A stretch of 64,000 bases of DNA, taken from assembly GCA_951406725.2 (NCBI GenBank), contig OX597821.1:47554001-47618000 (forward strand), given 5' to 3'. The DNA comes from Octopus vulgaris. Taxonomy: Eukaryota. Below, piece by piece: positions 1 through 12,443 of the stretch (its first letter is position 1; each line of letters begins with the position of its first letter). The notes beneath the pieces are model-generated. The model worked only from the letters and a program-made list of their open reading frames with translations, had not been told where the DNA came from and ran no database searches. The position numbers and the translations under genes were made by a program.

Positions 1-25
1 CTTTTGCAATCCCATTGATCCTTAT

Positions 26-647
26 ATGGACAATAAACAGGAAATTTACTATTATAAAAAAAGGATTCTACATGTGTCTAGCTTATGTACACCAGATACA
101 TTCAGGAAATACTCTCTGCCTTCTAATTCCATATATAGGCCTCATAAGATGATCTGGCTCGCACTCACGTTTTCCTTAACCAAGCCAGATCTTGCCAGAT
201 CATTCTTAAGTCTAATTGATAAATATTTCCCCATTAACCAATGCTACAGAAAGCTCTTCGACAAAAACCATCTGAAAGTGAGTTACAGCTGTACCTCAAG
301 AATAATAAATATTACAAAAGGAAAGCCAACCAAACTTATAGAAGTCAAGTGTAGATGCTGGAACACGAATGCGTGACTAGTCATGCAGGACAGAGGTGAT
401 AATATATTTGAGGCAGAAGTTATCTCTACTAAACCAAACAACTTAAAGGACTACATTGGTATTTGTGGAAGGTAGGTTAAAATATTGTTACTTCAACTAT
501 GCAGTTACTTCCACAGAAAGGGAGAAGAGGAATACAGCAATATTACTGAGTTCTCTCGAATTTAAAGAGTATGATGCTGATTTTGACATCAAGTGGAAAA
601 TGGTGAAAGATGTTTTGTTTGTTTGTTTAATTCTCTCACGAAATTAG
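26..647 (+). mobile_element. Penelope-like element fragment (RT/GIY-YIG linker and decayed endonuclease)
   Basis: ORF 26-376 contains KMIWLALTFS...FLSLIDKYFP...KLFDKNHLKVSYSC, the same motif as the copy at 5193-5567 (RKIIWFTPPYS...FLSLIDRHFP...LFDRNNLKISFS). It is followed by decayed IFEAEV / YIGICG GIY-YIG-like words. Confidence 0.75.
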
Positions 648-1499
648 TAGCAACAATATACTAGTTCATACATTGACTTCTCTTGCTTTAGGTCATCAAC
701 TTGTTCCATACAAGTCTGTATGTATATATATATATATAAATATATATATATATTTATATATAAATATGGATCAAAACAATTTTATTCAAACTCTTTGGTA
801 TGCTGAGTTTCAAGTGTATCATTAGTCTTTGGTCATTGAAGTCTGAATGAGAGTTTGATTGAAGAGAGTTGATGGACATTAGCCTGCAGTTGGTCAAGAA
901 AGGTCATGCAGTGTCACAGTTTAATGTTGGTATTTCAGCAACAATAATTGCTTGGAAGATACCACATGGTGGACAGGAAACTGACCATGTGGTAGACAGG
1001 AAATTGTTCGTTTGGTTGGGGTGAGTTGGAAGGAGCAGTAGATGTAGGAATATATATATGTATATACGTGTACATGTATGTGCCCATATTTCTTTGTGCA
1101 TGCATCCATACTTATACAAGTGTGTATGTGTGTGTAGGTGTACATTCATGTATCTGTGCACATGCACGTGAACACACACACGAAGGCACACACAGGCACA
1201 CATATTTACACAAGTGAGCACATGTACATACATGAACATGCATCGGTCCATAGGTATATGGATGTGCATGCATGTACATGTACAGCAGCATACACACAAC
1301 CATGTGCATGCATACAGTGAGCAGATGCATTCATGGACCCATGCATATGTGTGCATGCAAGTGCATATATTCATGTGGCCATGTACAAGGGGTGAGATTA
1401 TGTGGATAGACAGGCATGAAGAAGAGTTGGGGTTTGGTGATTTGCAGTGCTGTTCATCTGGGTTAGTTAGTGACGGTGACCTTGCCACAGGTGATGCTG

Positions 1500-1884
1500 C
1501 TGTTGCTGTTGCTGTTGAGCGAACGGTCTTTGTCCCAGAGCTCGCAAGATGAGAGAAGTCCGAAACGTGGTCCTTTGCTATTCGTAAGACCCGCAGAAGA
1601 GAAAGCAGGTCAACCCCCGAGACCGAGAGCATCGCCGGATGGATGAATGCGCATCCAGGCTCAGCAGTTGCATAGGAAGTTGGGGACAAGAAACAGGAAG
1701 AAAGAGTGAGAGAAAGTTGGGGTGAAAGAGTATAACAGGGGTCGTCACCGCCCCCTGCTGGAGCCTTGTGGAGCTTTAGGTGTTTTTGCTCAATAAACAC
1801 ACACAACGCCCAGTCTGGGAATTGAAACTGCAATCCTCCGACCACGAGTCTGCTGCCCTAACCATTGGGCCATTGCACCTCCTG
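1500..1884 (-). mobile_element. tRNA-derived SINE (family B) with 12-bp TSD
   Basis: The minus strand starts GGAGGTGCAATGGCCCAATGGTTAGGGCAGC (A-box) and ends in an (AAC/AGC)n tail. It is flanked by the direct repeat CAGGTGATGCTG at 1488-1499 and 1885-1896. A near-identical copy lies at 12055-12443. Confidence 0.85.
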
Positions 1885-2379
1885 CAGGTGATGCTGGGAG
1901 TGGCTGGTACTAAGGAGGTATATCCGGGTTGTTGGCAGCTAGTGGCTTGAAATTTCACAGAATGATATACCTCTGGTGACAGCAGTATGATACCTCATAT
2001 TTCTTGTTGATGGATACTGCAGGTTGGAAGATGATATGCAGTTTTTCGTGGAAGCACAGTTCGCAATATGTTATGTATATATATTTATACACACACCACT
2101 TATATACAGGGTGTACTGTTTGTTAATGGGATTAACAAAAATCACATGATAAATATGATTTAATGAATACAGCATTATATGTGAGCTACTTCAAGGTTTA
2201 TGCTCAAATCACAAAACCCCTTCAGGTAGATAGCTCAAACAAATCACAAATCTCTTGAGTTAGATTGCCCTGCTTGATCTGTAGATAGGCTTCAGTAGAA
2301 ACTCCATAAAATGTACCTGATGTAAGCTATGGTCACACAAGAGGTGTAGCAATATCAAAAGAAGGTTAACCAGGAAGAT

Positions 2380-2572
2380 AGTTTTGTGTGTGGTAGATGC
2401 ACAGGGGTAAAAAACTCCAAAGGGTGTAAGCACCCTGAGTGAAAAGCTGGACATAAGAAGCATTAAACGTGGTGTGCAAGAGAGACAACTGTGCTGGTAT
2501 GGTTATGTGCAACGTATGGAAGAGGAGAGCTGTGTGAAGAAGTGTCAGACCCTAACAGTGGAAGGAACCTGT
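2380..2572 (+). mobile_element. RTE-clade LINE 3' fragment
   Basis: gtaagcaccctgagtgaaaagctggacataagaagcatt...gtggaaggaacctgt is colinear with the RTE copy at 49378-49525 (R.L.WYGHV.RM...VKKC..L.VEG). Confidence 0.75.
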
Positions 2573-2574
2573 CT

Positions 2575-2725
2575 TTATGTTCTGAGTTCAAATTCCGTCA
2601 AGGTCAACTTTATCTTTCATCCTGTTGAGGTCAACAAAATAAGTACCAATTGAGCACTAGGGTTGATGTAATTGACTTACCCACTCCCTCCAAATTGCTG
2701 GCCTTGTTCCAAAATTTGAAATCAT
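2575..2725 (+). mobile_element. SINE family C fragment (Nin/Deu-like core)
   Basis: gttctgagttcaaattcc...ctttcatcctgttgaggtcaacaaaataagtacc matches the core of the full copy at 15335-15582. Confidence 0.7.
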
Positions 2726-3672
2726 TATTGTTGTTGTTGTTGTTGTTGTCTTCAAATAAATGTGATTGATTTCAGACAGCTATAGGTGTCACCTTATTTG
2801 AGCTTTACAAACAGATGAGATATTTCAAATGAGGAATCTGTAGTAAAGAATGGTGTGGGATGTTTGAGAACATAAGCTTTCATGAAAATGGAATGGCTAG
2901 AGGAGATGGCTACTAGTGGGTGGAGAATTATGATGTTTCTCTTTATTCCTCTTTCCTTCATTCCGTCTCTCAATCTTAAACAGTTCACCTAGTCTGTCAA
3001 CAACCTGTCTTCTAGCCCATTATGGCTGACCTATCATTTCTATATTTATATTGATTTATGTTATTTATAAAGATTATTTGTATTAATTCAAAACACGGAT
3101 TATAGATGAATTCTACCTAGTTAACACTATTTATCATATCTTTAAATTTTATGTTTTTCTTTACTATCAAAATTGTTTCCTGCAGCATTTCACATTCCTA
3201 CATAAACTACAGTTACATCCTCCACCACCACCACCACCACCTATACTATTAACTTGTTTCTTAATTTTAATTTCTTCTATTAACAACTAAATTTCTCTTG
3301 TTCATTACTTTCACCCAGTATTAAATTATAATCTCCTTCCTTCCTTTTCTTTTATAAGTCTTATGTTCTCCCAGTATTTAGTTATAATTCTTTCTTAAAC
3401 ATTTGCTGAGACACCATAATTATTCTATCAATACTACCCTTTCTCACATTTAGTCAATTTAATATAAAATATTTCCATTTTCATTTAGAAAACTCTTGTG
3501 CTCTTTCCATTCTTTGCTATAAATTTATCAACTGCCTAACATCTCATTCACTTGAAGGGTTCATGTAGAACGAACTATATAGCCATCCATGAACAAATAT
3601 TTGTTTTAACGAACTTGTGTTTATATATTTACAGATGTATGTGTATGTGTGTCTGTATATGTATATATTTAT

Positions 3673-3714
<42 letters not shown>

Positions 3715-3901
3715 GTTATATAATTAGGGTTCAGTAAAATAATTTACTTTACCACACACCGAAATTTTAGAAATAGCAGCCAAAAAAATCTTAGCTATTT
3801 CTTCTACTATAAGAAAAATCTCCCAGACAATGCATACTCAAAAATAATTCACACAGGTATAGAGGGAAAAATAACGAAAGATCACATGTACATAAGATTA
3901 C

Positions 3902-3963
3902 TTGAGAACGGCCGTTTCTGGATTAGTTGAATATAAAGATCAATATTTCCTTCGTCAGCTCAA
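3902..3963 (-). ncRNA. Type-I hammerhead ribozyme motif in inverted PLE terminal repeat
   Basis: Minus strand reads TTGAG-CTGACGA-AGGA...TCCA-GAA-ACGGCCGT-T-CTCAA. This gives a 5-bp stem I (TTGAG/CTCAA), a CUGANGA/GAAA core, palindromic stem III ACGGCCGT and a GUU triplet. Confidence 0.75.
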
Positions 3964-4081
3964 AGATTTCTTTTGATTTGGATTTGAGAGCACTAAAAAT
4001 CGAACATACCCATCTGATATGAGTAATCCCAGACAAACCATCTTCGACCGCTAGAACTAACGAATTCAAAAAGTACAAATG

Positions 4082-4137
<56 letters not shown>

Positions 4138-4139
4138 TA

Positions 4140-5610
4140 CATCCCTCCCAAAATCAAGGACTTAGAAGACTTTGAAACAGATCTACTGAAGCTTATAAAC
4201 AAAACCAAATTTCATAAATCCTTTTCAATAGAAACTGAAAAAAAACATTAAAAACATAAAAAATTCCAAAACACGGCACTTTTTTTCTGATAAAACCAAA
4301 AACTTATACCTTGTAGACAACAGCACATACTCACAATTTCTACATAACAATGTTATTAATAATTGCACAAAAGCTAGACTGCAATTTATAACGACATTAA
4401 TAAAGGAGCTAGTATCATCGCTGCTAGGTTTAAATTAGATAAAAAATAATAGAAATCCTTCCAAAAAAAGAAACCTTTATAACTATTAAGGGTTTTAAAA
4501 AAAAACTTGCTATCTAATCCTAAATGCAGACTAATTAACTCTGCAAAATCAGAAATGAGATATTTTTTTTTAAATCAATGCTAAAGTTAGAGGGGCAACT
4601 AATTTAGTACAATAGTCCAAAAGTTGAGAAGTTGTAAACTGGTTTAAAGCAATTAGAAATAAGAATAAAGAAAGGTTTGCACAATTTGATATTGTAGATT
4701 TCTATGCATCTATTTCTAGAAAACTGCAAGCAGTTTTACAGAGATTAGTGGACAAGATAAGGATGTAATCCTCCATGTTAGAAAGACCTTACTCTTCAGT
4801 GAAAACATAGAGTGGGCCAAGAGAGCAGACACAAAGGGTTCTTTGAATGTGAGCATGGGGTCATATGATGGAGCAGGCATATGCGATGTCATTGAGCTAT
4901 TCCTGCTTGACACATAAGGAAAAGCTTTTCCTGGAATATATTTCACTATTTATAGGGACAATGTTCTAGCTCTAGCTAAGAATATCAATGGACCAGTACA
5001 AGATCGGTTAAGGAAGGATATTATCCATCTTATGAAAACATTCAATCTTAGCATAACAATAGATACCAACCTGATGGTTGTCAATCTCCTTGATGTATCT
5101 CTTGACTTACAAAAGAATATTTACAAACCCTGTAGAAAATCCAATGATAGACTTAGTTATATTAATATAGGTTCCTTCCACACCCTCCTATAGTGTTCAA
5201 GAATTTAGTTAAGAATATTAGTAGGAAAATTTTTAGCCTCTCCTCCAATATAAACATATTTAATAATGCTGCCCCACTATATAACAATGCCCTTAAAGCT
5301 AGGAGATTTAAAGAGGAAATAGCTTACACACCTACTATTAGGCCAGATATAAAGAAAAGAAAACATAGACACAGGAAAATTATCTGGTTCACACCCCCTT
5401 ACTCCCACGAAGTAACCTTTAATATAGGTAAATATTTCTTGTCACTTATAGATAGACATTTTCCAATATATCATAAATATTGGCAACTCTTTGATAGAAA
5501 TAACCTAAAAATTAGTTTTAGTTCAACCCAAACTTTAAAAACACAGTTTCACACAATGCAACACTAACACAAAGCTGGCTGTTCCTGCAAGGATAAAGAC
5601 TATTTATCTT
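4140..5610 (+). mobile_element. Penelope-like retroelement, decayed reverse transcriptase plus C-terminal linker
   Basis: Across frameshifts the sequence gives DKTKNLY, KCRLINSAKSE, QFDIVDFYASIS, MGSYDGA, IYRDN (decayed YRDD), VNLLDVSLDL and ORF 5193-5567 RKIIWFTPPYS. These are PLE-type RT motifs. Confidence 0.85.
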
Positions 5611-5652
5611 ATATCAAGGTCTCATTCTTTTGTTGTTACTTTTTATTATTAT

Positions 5653-5689
<37 letters not shown>

Positions 5690-6895
5690 TCTCAAACATA
5701 TATAATGTATACATAATTGTATTGTAATGTCTATTAGTTTATCAGTGCCTTGGGAGGTGGTTGATTAAATATGTCTAGGTATTGATTTAATTTCTGCTAA
5801 TTTATATACTAATGGATTTTCCCAGTTTCTACAAGCATTGACGCAGTAATACTCTTGCTTCATCATCTCATATTAATGTAGTTCAATTATGATGATAATG
5901 AACCTTTTGTCTAATTTATGATTAATGTCAACATATAATTGCTTATATGGATTACAAAAACAATGACACAAACATGACTATATAGGTTGTCATTATTGAT
6001 ATTTCATGTGAGCAGATATATATTTACACACACACACCCATAAAAATATGTGAGTGTGTGTGTATATATGTGTGTATATAAAATTCATGTAAGTGGTCAT
6101 GTCTTGAATGACGTAAGCAAAAGATTCTCAATGAATTGAAGATTACCCACTGGTTGAAGAAGAAACAAAAACTTAACAGCCTTTGAATTACCAGCTTGGA
6201 TTAAAAAATGCAAAAAACAAAAACAAGAAAAGTCCCAAAGAAAAGAAACTGAAACTTTCATGAAATAAAGGTTTAATTTCAAATTTCACAGAAAAATTAA
6301 TTTTCATGCTTAGAGGTAAAATGTGATCTTAAGCAAATTGTGTGACAGACAGGCACATAGACATCTCATGAAAACTATCATCAATGAAGAAAGTGTTAGG
6401 AAGTCTTTGGAACAGAATGGTTTGCATAGTTGCAAAAGGAGGAAGGAAGAGATATAAATAAATAAGGCCAATGGCATAAATTTAATTACTACTGACAGCA
6501 ATTAATATATTGATGGCAAATGGGAAGTAATTTAGAAAATTAAAAACTAATTTCACAGAAAATTAAATTTTCATATTTAATGGGAAAATCTGATGTTTGT
6601 TAGCAGACAAGATAACATCTAGCAGGTGTGTCCAATGTAGTAACCTCATAAAAACCTTTACTATGTAAAACAGCTTTCCCAAGCATGTTTAGATCAGTGG
6701 ACATAGATCTTTACAGATAGAAAGCAAATTATATAAACAATTTGCATATTTACTAACTGTGAAGTATGTGTGCAGTTAACATGAATTTAGATAATTAGTA
6801 ATGTACTAAATGAATGTTAGTAGAGAACTTTCATAACTCAACTTTTGGATATAAAAGAATTCCTTCTAATTAGTCTAGTTAAATCTGGCTTTTAA

Positions 6896-7116
6896 CCCTT
6901 TAGTGTTCGCATTATTCTGCCAAAATTGATGCCTTTTCATCCGCATTGTTTTGAACTAATCAAGCATTATTTTGTAGCTATGAGATTTTGATGAGGCAGC
7001 TGTTAACTTTTAAAACAATATTGTAGGGTTGGTGTGAGAGACTAGATCTGGCCAGTTTGAACATAGAACAGGCAGAATACTTTTGGCCGGATATGGCCGG
7101 TTTAAATGCTAAAGTG
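6896..7116. mobile_element. TTAA-flanked piggyBac-like MITE
   Basis: TTAA|CCCTTTAG...CTAAAGTG|TTAA termini. An inverted second copy lies at 41309-42120. Confidence 0.7.
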
Positions 7117-7344
7117 TTAAAAAGATATGCTACTGATTAACACCAAGTAGAATACCCTTTGAAAGGAGTATACCAAATAGGAACAGGAATAAGATGCAAT
7201 TTATGTACAGCTGAAAAGAGTCATTCTTAAAAATCTTTATTATTTCATTTCGTTTTTGCATTTGATTTGCAAGATTCATTATGTAGATTCATGTGTTGAA
7301 GCATGTTTTGTTGTGTCTGAGGAGAGTCATTCTTATTAATTAAC

Positions 7345-7802
7345 ACACTCACTGGTTGATTTTCCTTTTGTTTGTTAATTTGTGCACATGTGTGTGCATC
7401 AGTGTGCATGTCTATACATATATGCATGTATGTATATATATGTATGCATGTGTGTACATGTATGCATATATATGTATGCGTGTGGACGTTTGTATGTATG
7501 TATTCTGCATATTCATGTCTTTATGTGTGCATGTTTGTGCATTTGTACATGTGTGTGTGCACATGTTTGAGTGTCTGTGGGTTTGTGTAACTATTTACAT
7601 GCGTCTGTTATGCATGGATGTGTGTCTCCATATGTGTCCTTGTGTGTGTGTATGGAGTGTGCATGTATGTATATGATCATGTGTTTCCATCTGCTTTTGT
7701 GTATGTATATGTATGTGTGCATGTCTGTTCGTATTACTTATGTACCTATCTATCTACTTATCTATATGCTTGCCCACAGATAGATATCTATTTACCTACC
7801 TG

Positions 7803-7840
<38 letters not shown>
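7345..7840. repeat. Degenerate (TG/TA)n microsatellite tract
   Basis: Alternating purine-pyrimidine sequence. The overlapping C/V/Y/M-rich ORFs are artefacts. Confidence 0.9.
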
Positions 7841-7842
<2 letters not shown>

Positions 7843-7899
7843 GCCTACATAACAGCCTACTAAAATAATCTACCTGTGTATGTATAAACTGTGGGTTTT

Positions 7900-9635
7900 G
7901 GGGTATCACTACTTTCTATGTGTGTCTCCTATTTAGTATGGGGGATGTTTCGGTTATGTGGACATACTCCTGTATTTGTCTGACTGTTGAGTCTTTTGAG
8001 TGCTTGGATAAAATGCAGATGTCAAGTCAACCCAGTGTGCTTCCATGTTTGTCTTTGGCATGTTGGTAAAGTATGGAGGACTGTTTTTTGCCCTCATATC
8101 GTCTCGAATGTTCATTTACTCTCTCTGCAATGCTTCTAGATGTCTCACCAATGTATGTTGTGTTCTTGTCTTTACAAGCACTTCTATGCTCTTTATGCTG
8201 TAGACTACATTTCTAGTACCACAGCTAATGACAAGGTTAATCTTATATACCATGCAGTTATCATTGGTACATGTGGTATTCTCAAAGGGGTACGTCCTAC
8301 ATAACTGTGATCTGATGGAGCTCCCTGGTTTTTCAATGATCTTTATGTTGAGTTTGGTTACCTTCAGAACTTTCCTAAATCTTCAGGCTAGTTCTCTAAG
8401 GGCTGTGGCCTCTACAAACATCACTCCTTGATATTTGTTGGCCTTGTACCATGTGTTCCCCCTATTTGCTTTGTTACAAACTCTCTGTATTCTGCTCCAG
8501 TCTTTACCTTTGTATCTAGGGCAGGTACCACTGGCTTCATTATATATAATGCTGTCTAATTTCTTTCTAGCTCCTCTGTATACCTGAACCCTATCTTTTT
8601 GGTCATATCCAGAGAATTGCATGTGGTGCATGGAGTTCTGTACATGTTTTCTTGTTTCATAGGGTTTGCATAGGGGGTACATGTTATTCATTATGCTAAC
8701 TAAGTCTGCTATCAGTATGTTAATTTTCATGTTGTATGATAAAGCCAAGTTCTTAAGCTATGGGTTTCATGTAATAGGGTGGAGGAGCTGCACTCTGTTG
8801 TTCTCAGTCTCTAACCAAAGTTCAGTGTCAAGGACAGGGAATCTATTATTAGGGTGCCTAGTAGGGTAATCTATAGTTACCTTGATACTTCGGTGGATGG
8901 AATTAGCTACATGCTTGATGCTTTTTTATGCTCCTCTCAGTTTCTATACTACATTTACCAGGTTTCTTTCCTAACTAGAATACTGATATCATCTACTTAC
9001 CCATAGTAAAGCAATACAGTGGTGGATTGTTCAGCTAAGGATTGTTTTAAGTTTTCTGTCCCACGAGGTCATGAAGAGGCTAGCCATATCTCCAGCCACA
9101 CTGACACCAATAGCTGCATCTTGAACCTGCATGTATAGTTTCCTGTTAAACTTTCCTATGTGGTTCTTCAAGGTGGCTCTTACACTGGCCCCTATTGCAT
9201 GTGCAATCATTCTTTTCACCTGATCATTGTTCTCAGGGCCCTGGATGGGTGTGGTCCAGCCACTCCAGTGCTCTGCAGTGCTTTTTTTCACTGCTGATGT
9301 GATGGTGGGTGGTCTTCCTGTCTGTGACCTGCTGGGGCAGAATCTACTGAGGTCATTATTGTCTAGGTAGTTACAGTCATAGCTTAGTTTAAGGAGGAGG
9401 CCCGGTTCCTTCATGTTTACTTCATGGAACTCTACTTCGCTCTCACAGATAATCTCAATGCATTTTTCCACAGCAAAACTTATGTCTATAGATGGGTAGA
9501 GTAAAACTACATCCATACTACCCACTACACAACCTGCAAGGTCACTGAAGCAGTTGCAACTACTGACTCCACTGAGGAGATCCTTTGTGCTTACACAGAC
9601 ATCTGGGGACATTTCAATGGGTGGTCATAACACCT
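7900..9635 (-). mobile_element. Penelope-like retroelement, decayed RT plus GIY-YIG endonuclease
   Basis: ORF 9031-9612 has GSMDVVLLYPSI and AIGVSVAGDMASLFM. A decayed xVDDI lies near 8985-9000. Near 8110-8215 the minus strand reads NVVYSIK...TYIGETSRSIAERVNEH (GIY-YIG). Confidence 0.85.
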
Positions 9636-10504
9636 GTGAGAGGAAGTATTATTATTATTCCACTAATCACCTAAATGTAACGTCTGAAATTTTTCTAGAA
9701 TGTCTCTATTTCAATAAGTATTTTCTAGAACTTGCAATTTATAACCACCATAGGACTGAATTTTCTTTCATCCATTCTTCACTTTATAGTTTTTATCTTT
9801 ACATATAATATTGAGTTCCTCTCTACCTATCCCTAAACCATTCTTATTATGTATTTCATCTATCAATAGACATATGTGTGTTTCACATGTACATGTATAT
9901 CTGGATATGAACATATGCAAGAGGCATTCAGTGTATTTATACCCTTTATTGGCTGAAATACTCAACTGAACTCATATCTCAACTGCTTCCTTGAATTCAT
10001 TCAAAATGCTTTTTCCTTCCAACTGGAATTTTTTCTCTCTTTCTCACAGTTTATTTTTTTTATTTATTGTAAAGTCATTTATGTCCACCATTTGCTTTCT
10101 TATCTTTTCCTTTTGTCTTTTTTTCTTTCTCTTTTTGCTTAACCAATTTTACTGTATTTCATTTCAATATGCTATATGTAGCTTCTGTTCTTAGAATGTA
10201 GCACTTTGTACACATTGCCTACTAGTTTTCCATGCAACACAAAAAGTAGCAATGTATGATTTGGTCATATCCTTATCTGAGGTTACAGAGATAATTAACT
10301 GTGTATGAAACTCTATCTCAACTCCCTCTCTTTCATATATTTAAACATATTTTATACACACACACACATACACATACACACATATACTATAAACATGCAT
10401 TTTATATGTGTATACATACACACATACATACATATACATATGCCTATATATATGCTTTCCATCTTTAAACTCCATCCTGTTACCACCTCAAATGTAAAAA
10501 CTCT

Positions 10505-10595
10505 CCCCTGAAGATGGAGCTGGTGTTATCCAATAATGGAACCAAGTAACCATCATTATTCCAGACCACCAAAGCCCCCAGAAACAGCTGTTGGA
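10505..10595 (+). ncRNA. Hammerhead ribozyme motif with extended stem II (partly decayed)
   Basis: CC-CTGAAGA-TGG...(TGGTG/CACCA and AATAATG/CATTATT pairs)...CCA-GAA-ACAGCTGT-T-GG. Stem III is palindromic; stem I is only about 2 bp. Confidence 0.6.
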
Positions 10596-10837
10596 CTCGT
10601 AAAATTCGACCCATTCAACTCCTGATATCATTTATATTCTGTGTAAGTTGAACTATTTTATATTCATACACATGTACATTTTTTGTATTGAATGTATCTA
10701 ATCTTCTGTGTATATCAACTTGCCTAACTTGCTTGTCATTACATTTACTCCTGTACCTGTTTAAGTTCAAATCTCTTGAGCACTTTGAATAATATTCTAT
10801 ATAGAGAACACCTGTCTCTGAACTATAAACTATCTGC

Positions 10838-10879
<42 letters not shown>

Positions 10880-10916
10880 GTAAATGTAATATGTGACAAT
10901 TATTCAGTAGCCATGG

Positions 10917-10973
10917 TAAAACTCTGAGTTTCGGATGCCGAGGTGGAAATGTACGCTGCCATCTCTTCAGTTA
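10917..10973 (-). ncRNA. Minimal hammerhead ribozyme motif
   Basis: Minus strand reads TAA-CTGAAGA-GATG...CATC-C-GAA-ACTCAGAGT-T-TTA, with a 3-bp stem I and near-palindromic stem III. Confidence 0.65.
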
Positions 10974-10984
10974 TGTGGCCATCG

Positions 10985-11370
10985 GATGATGAAATTAGCT
11001 GTGGAGGAGTATGTTCTAAAAATATTGTTGCTAAAATAAGAATAAGATGGAGGAAATCAGATTGGTTGGTGTTAGGAGGGGGCATCCAACCATAGAAGCC
11101 ATGCCAAAGCAGATAGAACTTCAGGTTTACAAGCTCCTGTCCAACTGATGCCAGCATAGAAGACAGGCATTAAATGATGATGATGGTGATACATATACAT
11201 TCATAAATATAATATATATAATAATATATACACACACTGTAAAGTGATTGGTGTTAGGAAGGGCATCCACCGTAGAAACCAAACCAAGTCAGACTGAACC
11301 TGGTACAGCTTCCCAGCTTGCCATCGCTGATCAAACAGTCCAACAGACATTAAAAGATGATGATGATGAT
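10985..11370 (+). mobile_element. RTE LINE fragments: short ORF piece plus two 3'-UTR ends with (GAT)n tails
   Basis: DEISCGGVCSKNIVAKIRIRWRK resembles GDQVSSGGECTKRRAVRIRIGWAKF at 55023-55322. Two copies of gattggtgttaggaagggcatcc...ttaaatgatgatgat follow. Confidence 0.7.
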
Positions 11371-12054
11371 ATACATATATCTATATATAAATATAAATAG
11401 ATATAGATATACATAATTTCACACAAATATACACTCACCCACATATACACTTACATATATGCATATATATATACACATATATATATACACACACATATAC
11501 ACTCACATATATGCATAAATGATTACTAAAATATTTTACTTTACCTTTCTTATCTATAAGAGAATTTGATAACAAAAGGATATATGTACACATATATATA
11601 TGCACACACATACACATGCACACACGTGTGCACCTGCACACGCATGTAATTTTCTAGTAGATTTAAAAGGAAAAATAAAGCATTAGGCAAAATAAACTCA
11701 GAAAAACAGTAACAAGTTTCAGAGATAAATTTGTCAACAATACACCTAAGGCAGAACTATGTATCAAGCAGTTTCTCCTATATACTTTGTAATACTGTCT
11801 TTACACTTCTCTTCTAAATACCACATACATTGTTTAAACTGATTCTAACTTCTCAAAGAAATAATATTTAAATGGGACAACTTTAAAAATTGCATATTCC
11901 ACTATATATTATCTAAAGGGTGTCATCTAAGAGAGATCAGGGAGAACATGTGTGTGTGTGTACAAGAATAAGAAGTAGGCAAGGTTAATAGCATTCATAG
12001 TAATAATGATGATTATGATAGTTATGATAGTAATGGTGTTTATTATGATAGAGT

Positions 12055-12443
12055 TGTTATTGCTGCTGCTGCTGTTGCTGTTGCTGTTGAGCGAACGGTC
12101 TTCGTTCCAGAGCTCGCAAGATGGGAGAAGTCCGAAACGCGGTCCTTTGCTATTCGTAAGACCTGCAGAAGAGAAAGCAGGTAAAACCCCGACACCGAGA
12201 GCATCGACGGATGGATGAATGCACATCCAGGCTCAGCGGTTGTGTAGGAAGTTGGGGACAAGAAACGAGAAGAAAGAGTGAGAGAAAGAGTACAACAGGG
12301 GTCGCCACTACCCCCTGCCAGAGCCTCGTGGAGCTTTAGGTGTTTTCGCTCAATAAACACATGCAACGCCCGGTCTGGGAATCGAAGCTGCGATCCTCCG
12401 ACCGCAAGTTCGCTACCCTAACCATTGGGCGATTGCACCTCCA
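12055..12443 (-). mobile_element. tRNA-derived SINE (family B), second copy
   Basis: Colinear with 1500-1884 and richer in CpG (likely younger). Embedded in triplet-repeat tracts. Confidence 0.85.

Noticed and set aside
904-1845. 313-aa ORF, the longest in the track
   Set aside because: It reads through a SINE and a degenerate (CA/TG)n tract. The low-complexity C/V/H/M composition is an artefact.
10900-11157. Minus-strand peptide ISSSDGHITEEMAAYIS resembling an RTE motif
   Set aside because: It overlaps the hammerhead unit and a plus-strand RTE piece, so the resemblance is most likely coincidental.
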